42,321 bases of DNA from a virus (Duplodnaviria; Caudoviricetes): IMG/VR virus record IMGVR_UViG_3300016294_000004, positions 1-42,321 of that record, one strand, 5' to 3'. Below the pieces are notes generated by a model, which was given only the letters and a program-made list of their open reading frames with translations, did no database searches and was not told the origin of the DNA. The translations under genes and the position numbers were made by a program. Positions 9,186 through 16,419 of this stretch are shown one piece after another (the stretch's first letter is position 1; every line of letters begins with the position of its first letter).

Positions 9186-9416
9186 TCAGCATTTTTCCTC
9201 CTTCGCCGGCGGACTCGCGGCGGGGCCATCAAGCGCAACGTCTAATTCGTCGGCGGTCATATCCCTCAACTCCTCCAGCACGCGCTCGCGGGTCAGGCGT
9301 TCAACGGCGCGCCCAAACACAATATTGAGCGGCGTAGTCATGTCGTTTTCCGTCTCGGCGTAAGCGACCTTCCACGCGGCAAGAATCTCGTCGTCGGTCA
9401 GCATGGCATGGCTCAT
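9186..9416 (-). CDS. Hypothetical protein
   Basis: MSHAMLTDDEIL..., with GGGGGAG Shine-Dalgarno and ATGA overlap with the upstream stop. Confidence 0.55.
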   Translation of the reverse strand: MSHAMLTDDEILAAWKVAYAETENDMTTPLNIVFGRAVERLTRERVLEELRDMTADELDVALDGPAASPPAKEEKC

Positions 9417-9790
9417 TTCTCCCCCTCGCCGTCGTAGCATTCGCACGCAATTTCAACCGTTGACTCGGAAAACAAATCCGTCGTTGCGTCTTTGGCCGTC
9501 AACAGATCGGCCCACGCAAACGAACGTCCCAATCCCTTGATGCTCGTCAATTCCGCATTGGCTTCCATTGCCAGCGCTCGCTTCATTAGGTTCGGGTAGC
9601 GTTCACGCAGATCGAATATCTCGATCTTCTTGGAAGACGGACAAAAGAAACAAGCCGACTTCCCCGGCTGCGGCAGACCAACCCGCGCGATAGCCTGAAC
9701 GCATTCTCCGCGCCCCCATCCCCACTCGATCAATGGATAACGCTCGTTTGGGTGATCTTTGGCCCGATGCCACTCATACGTCGCGGTTGA
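9413..9790 (-). pseudogene. C-terminal fragment of a PAPS-reductase-family (PP-loop) protein
   Basis: YPLIEWGW.R.EC...GLPQPGKSACFFCP and a terminal CEC match the C-terminal half of phage PAPS-reductase-like proteins. The N-terminal SGG-containing domain and a good start are missing. Confidence 0.6.
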
Positions 9791-9989
9791 TCGTTCGATT
9801 GGTGTCGATACACAGTCGCGTGAGATTCGCGACCAACCATCGCCCACGCTCCGCGTCCTTCCTCAACTCCGCGTTCTCCGCTTCTAGCGCGGCGACGCGG
9901 GCGCGCAGGCGCTCGATTTCGATACACGGCTGCCCATCGTCCGGTTGACACTGACAATAGCGCCCCGATCCGTCAACACACAGGCTCAT
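9774..9989 (-). CDS. Hypothetical Ead/Ea22-like mosaic protein
   Basis: MSLCVDG...EIERLRARVAALEAENAELRKDAERGRWL; the coiled-coil plus KDAER.RWL motif is common in lambdoid accessory genes. Confidence 0.5.
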   Translation of the reverse strand: MSLCVDGSGRYCQCQPDDGQPCIEIERLRARVAALEAENAELRKDAERGRWLVANLTRLCIDTNRTINRDV

Positions 9990-10267
9990 TTCTCCCCCTC
10001 GCGGGCGGCAACGATGGCGGCGTCGATTGCTGAGGCACAATTAACTGCACCAAAGTTTCCAAGCGGGTCGGCCTCGTAGCATTCAATGCATAGATGTTTC
10101 GCGTGTTCAAATGCCGCAGTCTGCGCTTGCTTAGCCGCCTTCCGCAACTCTGCGTTCTCCGCTTCGAGCGCGGTGAGGCGAGAGCGTAGGTGTTCAATCA
10201 GGTCGTCGACATCGTCATCGGGCACTGGGTCTATCCACACGTCCGGCAGATCGGCGCTCATCGTCAT
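9986..10267 (-). CDS. Hypothetical mosaic coiled-coil protein
   Basis: MTMSADLPD...ALEAENAELRK...AIDAAI; shares a 35-bp segment with the next gene. Confidence 0.5.
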   Translation of the reverse strand: MTMSADLPDVWIDPVPDDDVDDLIEHLRSRLTALEAENAELRKAAKQAQTAAFEHAKHLCIECYEADPLGNFGAVNCASAIDAAIVAAREGEK

Positions 10268-10482
10268 AGCTTCACCTGCGGCACCTGCCCCACCGGCTGG
10301 CGCGTCTCGCCGAGGATCGTCGTGACCACTTGCCACTGATGTGTCTGCATTCGCGCGAACATGCCGCGGTAGCGCCGGCGCACCTCGGCCTCGGCCTCCT
10401 CCGGGGACGCCACGATATAGGCTCCGCAGTCGACCTTCATTCCGTCGCGGTCGAGCAACTGCACTTTGACCTTGTACGCCAT
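10264..10482 (-). CDS. Hypothetical protein
   Basis: MAYKVKVQLLD..., GGAGG Shine-Dalgarno, coupled to the upstream stop. Confidence 0.55.
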   Translation of the reverse strand: MAYKVKVQLLDRDGMKVDCGAYIVASPEEAEAEVRRRYRGMFARMQTHQWQVVTTILGETRQPVGQVPQVKL

Positions 10483-11003
10483 CACACCTCCAGAATCGGG
10501 ACGTGGTGCACGAACAGCATCAGCTTCCGCTTGATCACGTACGCCCGGTTGGCGCGCGTGATCGGGCTCTTGGAGTCCTCGACCACCCGGGTGCCGGTGT
10601 CGACCCAGCGGTAGACCGCGTCGGCTACATACGACACGCGCCGCTCGAGCAGGCGCCCGTCCGGCGCGCGCTGATCCGGGAGCAGCAGGAACGGCACCTG
10701 AAACTGCAGCCCGTCGATCAGACCGGCGGCCGCCAGCGTGCGCAGCTGGTCGGCGCGGTCGGCCTCGCGCTTGGAGGCGAAGCCGCGCGTCGGGGTCTCG
10801 TGGTACTTGCGCTCGACAGGAGCACTCGCCGGCCGGGCACCCCGAGGGGAGACTGACCTCGCCGCGTCGTCGCCGAGTGCGGACCCGGCCGGCGGTGCAT
10901 CCGTGTTCGGCCCGCCGATGCGGCTGGCCTTGCGCCACTCCTGCTTGCGCGTGAACTCGAGCAGGCTGTGCTCGTCCGGGAACCGCAAGTTACGCGTAGC
11001 CAC
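10482..11003 (-). CDS. DUF1064-like PD-(D/E)XK endonuclease / resolvase candidate
   Basis: GFASKREA...LQFQVPF...YVADAVY...VEDSK...YVIKRKLM motif set. Confidence 0.75.
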   Translation of the reverse strand: MATRNLRFPDEHSLLEFTRKQEWRKASRIGGPNTDAPPAGSALGDDAARSVSPRGARPASAPVERKYHETPTRGFASKREADRADQLRTLAAAGLIDGLQFQVPFLLLPDQRAPDGRLLERRVSYVADAVYRWVDTGTRVVEDSKSPITRANRAYVIKRKLMLFVHHVPILEV

Positions 11004-11102
11004 GGAACACCAGCAGCAGGTTATGCGTCCAGATGAACACGTCGAACAGCGCGAGCGCCGCGACGCACAGGGCGTGCGTCAGCCCGACCGTGATCATCGA
11101 GA

Positions 11103-11309
11103 TCACGACCGCCGCCGCTGCCGCATCCGATCGTAGTACCGGCGCAGCGTCTCCGCGGTCCGGTACGACGGGTTGCGACTGTATCCCTTCACCAGCTTGC
11201 GCAGCGTGTAGTACGACAACCCGGTGCGCCCCGCGATATGGCGGATCACGGCGTGGTTCGCCTGTCCGTCGTCGACGCAGTCAGCGCGCAAGATCGCGAG
11301 CACATCCAT
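11103..11309 (-). CDS. Cro/XRE-like helix-turn-helix regulator
   Basis: 68 aa, IRHIAGRTGLSYYTLRKLVKGYSRNPSYRTAETL, with GAGGAG Shine-Dalgarno. Confidence 0.7.
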   Translation of the reverse strand: MDVLAILRADCVDDGQANHAVIRHIAGRTGLSYYTLRKLVKGYSRNPSYRTAETLRRYYDRMRQRRRS

Positions 11310-11456
11310 GCCTGATACTCCTCAGTCGAGTGGACAACGGGAGCCACGCCCACGGGCGCAGCCCGCCGGCACGAAGCACCCGACGCAACGTCTGCGCCCG
11401 CCACGGATGGGAGCGCAGATAGACGTCGCCCAGTAGCAGCCTGCGGTCGCGCGTCC

Positions 11457-11744
11457 TCATGATCGCACCCGGAGGGCGGCGCGAACCACGTCACGCGTCT
11501 CAACCACCTCCTCAGCGGTCAGACCCTCTAGCATCTGCTTGTCGAGGGCGCGCTCGACCACGCGCAGCGCCTCCTCGAGGTCGTTGGTGCGACCGAGGCG
11601 CTCGAGCCTGCCGCCGGCCACGCCGCGGGCTCCGGCGCGTAGGATGAACAGTGCGCGCTCTTTGCGTGTGTCGAAGCGGTGTGTCCCGCCGTACCCGGCC
11701 GGCGCGTCCTGTGGGAATGTGACGGCGTAGATGGCCTTGTTCAT
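11457..11744 (-). CDS. Hypothetical early protein
   Basis: MNKAIYAVTFPQD..., ATGA overlap with the upstream gene. Confidence 0.55.
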   Translation of the reverse strand: MNKAIYAVTFPQDAPAGYGGTHRFDTRKERALFILRAGARGVAGGRLERLGRTNDLEEALRVVERALDKQMLEGLTAEEVVETRDVVRAALRVRS

Positions 11745-11956
11745 GGCAGGACCCGGACTTCCATGTAGCCATCGAAGCCCTCCGGGGCAGCGGCGGTGAT
11801 GCGCCGCTTGACCTCGGCCTTGGCGTCCGCGTAGGTGCCGGTAGCCCAGAGCAGGCCGTCGAACGCGTCGAAGCATTCGAACGCCCACATGCCGCGACCG
11901 CGCGGCTCCTTCAGGTGTTCCCGCGCGTATGGCGTCGTGTCGAAAGTGATGATCAT
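11741..11956 (-). CDS. Hypothetical early protein
   Basis: MIITFDTT...PRGRGMWAF, AAGGAG Shine-Dalgarno; first clear gene after the leftward promoter. Confidence 0.6.
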   Translation of the reverse strand: MIITFDTTPYAREHLKEPRGRGMWAFECFDAFDGLLWATGTYADAKAEVKRRITAAAPEGFDGYMEVRVLP

Positions 11957-12102
11957 CTTGCGTCTCCTTGGGGGTTTGGGGTTCAGACCGGGCAGGGTGC
12001 CAGCAACCACGGCATCGTCGGAGCGCTCGTTCGGGGGTTAGCCCACACCACCGGCGTCCGACTGAGTGTGCCTGCCTGTTCACCTGCCCAGTTCCAGACC
12101 GT

Positions 12103-12132
12103 ATTAGAACACCGGCCACGGTCACGTGTCAA
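12103..12132 (-). promoter_or_regulatory. Leftward sigma70-type promoter
   Basis: On the minus strand, TTGACA (12132-12127), 18-bp spacer, TCTAAT (12108-12103). The spacer contains ACC-N6-GGT. Confidence 0.7.
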
Positions 12133-12175
12133 GTGCCGTCCGTCGGCGGATCATAACCGCGGGCGGTTCCAGACC

Positions 12176-12205
12176 TTGACAGCTAACCAGCAACGGTGGT
12201 CTAAT
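12176..12205 (+). promoter_or_regulatory. Rightward sigma70-type promoter driving the purZ operon
   Basis: TTGACA (12176-12181), 18-bp spacer, TCTAAT (12200-12205). The spacer contains ACC-N6-GGT. Confidence 0.7.
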
Positions 12206-12234
12206 GACGCGCCATCACCCCAAAGGAGGTCCAC

Positions 12235-12450
12235 ATGATGCCCCGATACGTCCGCGCCGGCCGCGCCAAGCTGATCCGCGTCAAAATGTCCGTGCTGTTC
12301 CGGCGCAAGCCCGTGCGCGCGCATCGCCTGTCCCGTCGGCTTGCCGGCGGCGGGCGGCTGCCGTGGCTGCACATCCGCGAGAAGCTGCGGCTCGTCCGCG
12401 GCGGCGACTCGCCGCTGTTCGGGCGCGCTTTCGAGCGCGAGTGGCGATGA
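12235..12450 (+). CDS. Small Arg-rich protein
   Basis: AAAGGAGG Shine-Dalgarno; first ORF after the rightward promoter. Confidence 0.55.
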   Translation: MMPRYVRAGRAKLIRVKMSVLFRRKPVRAHRLSRRLAGGGRLPWLHIREKLRLVRGGDSPLFGRAFEREWR

Positions 12451-12626
12451 CGGAAGTCACGCTCCACGAGTTTATCGTCGGCTGCGCGGCCGCGGCGCGG
12501 ATCGTGGCCGACCGGGAGCACCTCGCCCAGCCGGTAATTGTCGTCAGCGTCAAGCTCGTGGACGAGGCGACCGGGCGCGAGCTGGGCGCGACCGAGGGCA
12601 CGTTTACGCTCCACACCAATCACTAG
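12447..12626 (+). CDS. Hypothetical protein
   Basis: MTEVTLHEFIVG..., ATGA overlap. Confidence 0.5.
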   Translation: MTEVTLHEFIVGCAAAARIVADREHLAQPVIVVSVKLVDEATGRELGATEGTFTLHTNH

Positions 12627-12637
12627 ACGAGGGAGAA

Positions 12638-13702
12638 ATGACACGACCGCGGCAACGGGTCACGATAGTGACCGACCTGCAGTACGGCAGCACCGGCAAG
12701 GGCCTGCTGTGCGGCTACTTGGCCCGGCGCGACCCGGCGATCACCGCCGCGGTCACGGCGTGGGCGCCTAACGCCGGCCACACTTTCATCGACGCCATGG
12801 GGCGTAAGTTCGTCCACCGGCAGCTGGCGAACTCGATCGCCTCGCCGGCGGTGCGCGAGATCTTCCTCGGCCCGGGCTCGGTCATCGACGTGGTGACGCT
12901 GGCCGCCGAGATCGAAAGCTGCCGCGACCTGATCAAGCGTGGTGTGCGTATCTACGCCCACGCCAACGCCGCGGTGCTGCGCGACCGGCACGTGGTCGAG
13001 GAGCAGGCGCTGCTGCGCATCGGCTCAACGCAGAAGGGCGCGAGCGCCGCGGTCATCGACAAGATGCGCCGCGACGTGTCGAGTGCGATCCTCGCCGAGA
13101 CCCTCAGCATCGAACTGGACGAGATCGGCGTCACGGTGCTGGACCCGGAGCGCTACTCGCACGAGCTGATGCAACACGCCGAGATTCTGGTCGAGGGCCA
13201 TCAGGGGTTCTCCCTGTCGGTCCACCACGGCATGTGGCCGTACACCACGAGCCGCGACACCAGCACCAGCGCGATCCTCGCCGACTGCGCCGTCGCGTTC
13301 CCGCTCGAGACCTCGGTGTGGGGCGTGTTGCGCACCTTTCCGATCCGGGTCGCCAACCGCTACGACGACGACGGCAAAATGATCGGGTTCTCCGGCCCGT
13401 GCTACGACGACCAGCTCGAGACGACGTGGCAGGCGCTCGGCCAGAAGCCGGAACTGACCACCGTCACGCAGCGCGTGCGCCGGGTGTTCACCTACTCGAC
13501 CCGGCAGATCGCGCACGCCACCAGCATCAACGGCGTGGACCACGTGTTCGTCAACTTCATGAACTACCTGCCGCCGGGCGAGCGCTGGGGCTTCATCCAG
13601 CGCGTGGCGTTCGACACCCACGTCCTGCCGCCCGACATGCTGTTCGGCTACGGCCCGACCGAGACCGATGTCCGCGAGTTCAACGACGAGGAGGCATGGT
13701 GA
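12638..13702 (+). CDS. purZ: N6-succino-2-amino-2'-deoxyadenylate synthase (PurZ, adenylosuccinate synthetase paralogue)
   Basis: PurA-family motifs PNAGH, GSTQKG, EG.QG, PYTTSR and TTVT..RR. The P-loop is QYGSTGKG (Ser in place of the PurA catalytic Asp of GDEGKG), with PIRV and an NFMN motif in place of the GTP-binding TKLD. Neighbours are mazZ and datZ. Confidence 0.93.
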   Translation: MTRPRQRVTIVTDLQYGSTGKGLLCGYLARRDPAITAAVTAWAPNAGHTFIDAMGRKFVHRQLANSIASPAVREIFLGPGSVIDVVTLAAEIESCRDLIKRGVRIYAHANAAVLRDRHVVEEQALLRIGSTQKGASAAVIDKMRRDVSSAILAETLSIELDEIGVTVLDPERYSHELMQHAEILVEGHQGFSLSVHHGMWPYTTSRDTSTSAILADCAVAFPLETSVWGVLRTFPIRVANRYDDDGKMIGFSGPCYDDQLETTWQALGQKPELTTVTQRVRRVFTYSTRQIAHATSINGVDHVFVNFMNYLPPGERWGFIQRVAFDTHVLPPDMLFGYGPTETDVREFNDEEAW

Positions 13703-14187
13703 TCAAGAAACACGATCCGTTCGACCGCTATCCGCTGCCATGGCGAGCCCTGCCGGAACTGGGGCGCGTGTTCGCCGCCAACGGCGCGCTGGTGTGCATG
13801 TGCGTCGCCTACGACGAGCAAGTCGGCGTGCGGCCCGAGATCGAGAGTCACGCGGAAGCCATCGCGGCGGCCGTCAACGCCGGCCAAGCTATAAACATAG
13901 CTGGCGCCTTCGCCGAAGTGCAGGAGAAGGTCACGGCGTGGGCGGACGAGGTATTCCCGGGCAGGCGACCGGAGATCGCGTTCATGAAGCTATTCGAGGA
14001 GGTGGGCGAGGTCGTGACCGACCCCTACAACCGGCTCGAGTGGGCGGACCTGATCGTGCTGATCGTCGACCTCGCCGCGATGTACGGCATCCGAGACCTC
14101 GGCTCGGCCGTGCTGGAGAAGATCAAGATCAACCGCGAGCGCCAGTGGGCTCGCTCCAAGACAGGAGTTATGAGTCATGTTGAGTGA
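13696..14187 (+). CDS. mazZ: MazG-like (d)GTP diphosphohydrolase (MazZ) with an N-terminal extension
   Basis: WADEVFP...KLFEEVGE...EWAD...D...KIKINRERQW all-alpha NTP pyrophosphatase pattern; sits between purZ and datZ. Confidence 0.8.
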   Translation: MVIKKHDPFDRYPLPWRALPELGRVFAANGALVCMCVAYDEQVGVRPEIESHAEAIAAAVNAGQAINIAGAFAEVQEKVTAWADEVFPGRRPEIAFMKLFEEVGEVVTDPYNRLEWADLIVLIVDLAAMYGIRDLGSAVLEKIKINRERQWARSKTGVMSHVE

Positions 14188-14758
14188 AGCACGCGAGATG
14201 ACGCTGCACGAGCGGCTGCGGAACCAAGTCACCAAGCGCTGGCACATCGTGCACACCGACCGGGAACAGACGGTCGCCGAGCACCTGTGGGCGGTGACGA
14301 TCATCGGCTGGGACTTCTACAAGCGGATGGACTTCACGCTGCCGTTCGACCTGTGGACCGAGTACCTGCTGACGCACGACATTACCGAGGCCATCACCGG
14401 CGACCTGCCGACGCCGAGCAAGAAGTTGCTCAAGTTCGACGGCGACACGCTCGGCTACGACGTCTCTAAGCAGTTCGCGGCGATCGATCTGTGGGCGAAT
14501 ACCTTCGACGGCGGTCTGCCCCGGGCGGCGCTCAAGGTGTGCGATCTGACCGAGGCTATCGTGCACATGGACCGGCACGGCCGCGGCGCGCACGCCCAGT
14601 CGGTCCGCCGGCTGTTGTTCGACGCACTGGTCGCCCACGTAATGCACGTCCGCACTGTCTGGCCGGCGTACGACTGGATCACCCACGGTTCCGAGCTGTT
14701 CAACTCCGCCCTGTCCGGGCCGGGGGGTCTGCCGGACGGGGAGCTGTGGCTGTTCTAA
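14177..14758 (+). CDS. datZ: HD-domain dATP triphosphohydrolase (DatZ)
   Basis: KRWHIV...QTVAEH...HDITEAITGDLPTP.K...KVCD..EA, the HD pattern of DatZ; adjacent to purZ and mazZ. Confidence 0.85.
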   Translation: MLSEAREMTLHERLRNQVTKRWHIVHTDREQTVAEHLWAVTIIGWDFYKRMDFTLPFDLWTEYLLTHDITEAITGDLPTPSKKLLKFDGDTLGYDVSKQFAAIDLWANTFDGGLPRAALKVCDLTEAIVHMDRHGRGAHAQSVRRLLFDALVAHVMHVRTVWPAYDWITHGSELFNSALSGPGGLPDGELWLF

Positions 14759-14860
14759 CCGTCTGCGGTGTTGGAGAGCCGACGGACGGTCATTGTGTCC
14801 CATAACCGCCTGTGGTTTAATAGAGGTGTAGTAAAGCCCAAACCACCACGAAACGGAGAT
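14755..14860 (+). promoter_or_regulatory. Repeated promoter/operator/leader module
   Basis: TTGTGT (14793), 17-bp spacer, TTTAAT (14816); ACC-N6-GGT at 14758 and 14805; aligns over about 100 bp with 16314-16413. Confidence 0.7.
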
Positions 14861-14866
14861 CCTTCG

Positions 14867-15061
14867 ATGAAGACAACCCAAACCGGCGTCAACTTCACGT
14901 TCGTGCGCTACATCGCGATCCGGTCCAAGGGCTTCAACGGCCCGGTCGACACGCTCGAGCTGTACACGGACGACGCCAACGGCGAGTTCATCCTAATTCA
15001 AGGCGGCCGCGTCGTCAAGGACGAACGCCTTCTCGCCCTCGTTCGTGCGGGGCGCGTATGA
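14867..15061 (+). CDS. Hypothetical protein
   Basis: MKTTQTG..., GGAG Shine-Dalgarno after the repeated promoter. Confidence 0.55.
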   Translation: MKTTQTGVNFTFVRYIAIRSKGFNGPVDTLELYTDDANGEFILIQGGRVVKDERLLALVRAGRV

Positions 15062-15288
15062 TCACCGTCAGCGAACGCCACAACTTCGAGAACGGCGACC
15101 GCCGCTATTTCGGCCAATACACCCGCGGCACGCGCACGATTGAGTTCGTGTGCAAGCGCTGGCGCCCGGAGGGCGAGTTCACGTTCGAATCCGCGACCGT
15201 CGACGGTGCCGGCGTGTTCCTGACCAACGCCGAGATGCTCGTGATCAACGACGCCTGCGACCGCTTCGACCAGCGGTGCATGCCGTGA
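15058..15288 (+). CDS. Hypothetical protein
   Basis: 76 aa, ATGA overlap. Confidence 0.55.
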   Translation: MITVSERHNFENGDRRYFGQYTRGTRTIEFVCKRWRPEGEFTFESATVDGAGVFLTNAEMLVINDACDRFDQRCMP

Positions 15289-15545
15289 CCGCCGCGTCCG
15301 CCAAGCCGGCCCGCCCCAAGTGGGGCGAGCCCGGCTCGCGCACCCGGCGCGTCACCCGGGGCCGCGTCTGGTCGAGCGGCAAGTACCGGCCCGTGATCGT
15401 GATCGTCTACCCGGACGGCGTGATCGGGCTCCGGCTGCTCGGCACGCGCAGCGAGGAGACCGTGTTCGCCGCGGACGTGTTCCGGCGCGCGGCGCTCGAG
15501 CGGGCCGCCTTCGAGCGGCGCAAGAAGAAGGGGAAGGCGTCATGA
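15285..15545 (+). CDS. Hypothetical basic protein
   Basis: GTGA overlap; ...RPVIVIVYPDGVIGLRLLGTR... Confidence 0.55.
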   Translation: MTAASAKPARPKWGEPGSRTRRVTRGRVWSSGKYRPVIVIVYPDGVIGLRLLGTRSEETVFAADVFRRAALERAAFERRKKKGKAS

Positions 15546-15994
15546 CCCCGTTCGTGCAGAGTGCGCTATCGCCGGAGGCGTTCGATGTCTGGCGCTACAT
15601 CCGCGACGGAATGTCTCACGAGGACGCCGAGGCGACCGTGGCCCACCTGCTGCGCGACATGATCTTCGTCAACGACATCTATCAGGTCAACATGCAACTC
15701 GTCCCGGCGCAGCCCGCCAGTGGCTGGCCGGAGATGTGGCACCTGTCGATCAAGCGGCGTGACAAGAAGATCATCCGCGACTGGCGCCACCTGCAGCGGA
15801 TCAAGAACGAATTGGTCGGCCCGGAGCACGAGGGCATGGAGCTGTTCCCGGCCGAGAGTCGGCTCGTCGACTCCGCAAATCAGTACCACCTGTGGGTCAT
15901 GGTCGACGCGACCAAGCGGTTCCCCCTCGGCTGGCAGACCCGGTTCGTCGACGACGCGCCATATCCCAACACCAAGCAGAGGCCGTTACCATGA
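15542..15994 (+). CDS. Conserved phage protein (HLSI...W..LQRIKNELVG...E.FP...LVD.AN.YHLW family)
   Basis: Motif pattern recalled from a widespread phage domain of unknown function; ATGA-coupled. Confidence 0.65.
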   Translation: MTPFVQSALSPEAFDVWRYIRDGMSHEDAEATVAHLLRDMIFVNDIYQVNMQLVPAQPASGWPEMWHLSIKRRDKKIIRDWRHLQRIKNELVGPEHEGMELFPAESRLVDSANQYHLWVMVDATKRFPLGWQTRFVDDAPYPNTKQRPLP

Positions 15995-16317
15995 ATAAGG
16001 CCGCGTTCCGCGCCTCGCTGGCCGAGCTTCAGCTCGAACTGACCAAGCTCACCGCCTCGAAGGGCGAGGACTACAGCAACAGCGACGACCAGCTGGCGAA
16101 CTTCAAGCGGCTGGCCGAGCGGCTGGGCACGACGCCGGAGACGATCGCACTCGTCCATCTGTCCAAGCATCTCGACGCGATCGACTCGTACGTGCGCCGG
16201 CGCGCCGATGCGACGTACCGGCCGTCCGAGCCGATCCGGGGTCGCATCCTCGACGCAATCCTGTACCTATGGCTGCTCGAGTGTCTGCGGGCGGAGCGCG
16301 AGCCGGCCGCGCACTGA
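15991..16317 (+). CDS. Nucleotide-modification-associated MazG-like / all-alpha NTP pyrophosphohydrolase-like protein
   Basis: KGEDYS...LANFK...KH.DAI...E.I.GRI.DAI.YL pattern seen in proteins near phage nucleotide-modification clusters. Confidence 0.6.
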   Translation: MNKAAFRASLAELQLELTKLTASKGEDYSNSDDQLANFKRLAERLGTTPETIALVHLSKHLDAIDSYVRRRADATYRPSEPIRGRILDAILYLWLLECLRAEREPAAH

Positions 16318-16413
16318 CCGCCTGTGGTGTGGCCCGTCCGACGAGCGGTTATTGACACGCTAACCGCGTCCGGTTACAATAGAGGTGTCGTAAGCCCAAA
16401 CCCCAACGGAGAC
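16314..16413 (+). promoter_or_regulatory. Repeated promoter/operator/leader module (near-consensus sigma70)
   Basis: TTGACA (16352), 17-bp spacer, TACAAT (16375); ACC-N6-GGT at 16317 and 16363. Confidence 0.8.
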
Positions 16414-16419
16414 CACACC

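Noticed and set aside
11000-12450. Lysogeny module (integrase, CI, attP)
   Set aside because: No tyrosine or serine recombinase, ParA or peptidase-bearing repressor motifs were seen anywhere in the genome.
12341-12637. N-terminal extension of purZ in the ORF track (and similar long extensions of mazZ, bet, MuF and hub)
   Set aside because: These are open frames overlapping other genes. Better starts with Shine-Dalgarno or stop/start coupling lie downstream.
12638-13702. Ordinary purA auxiliary metabolic gene
   Set aside because: The catalytic Asp is replaced by Ser, NFxN replaces the GTP motif, and the gene is flanked by MazG and HD hydrolases, all pointing to PurZ.
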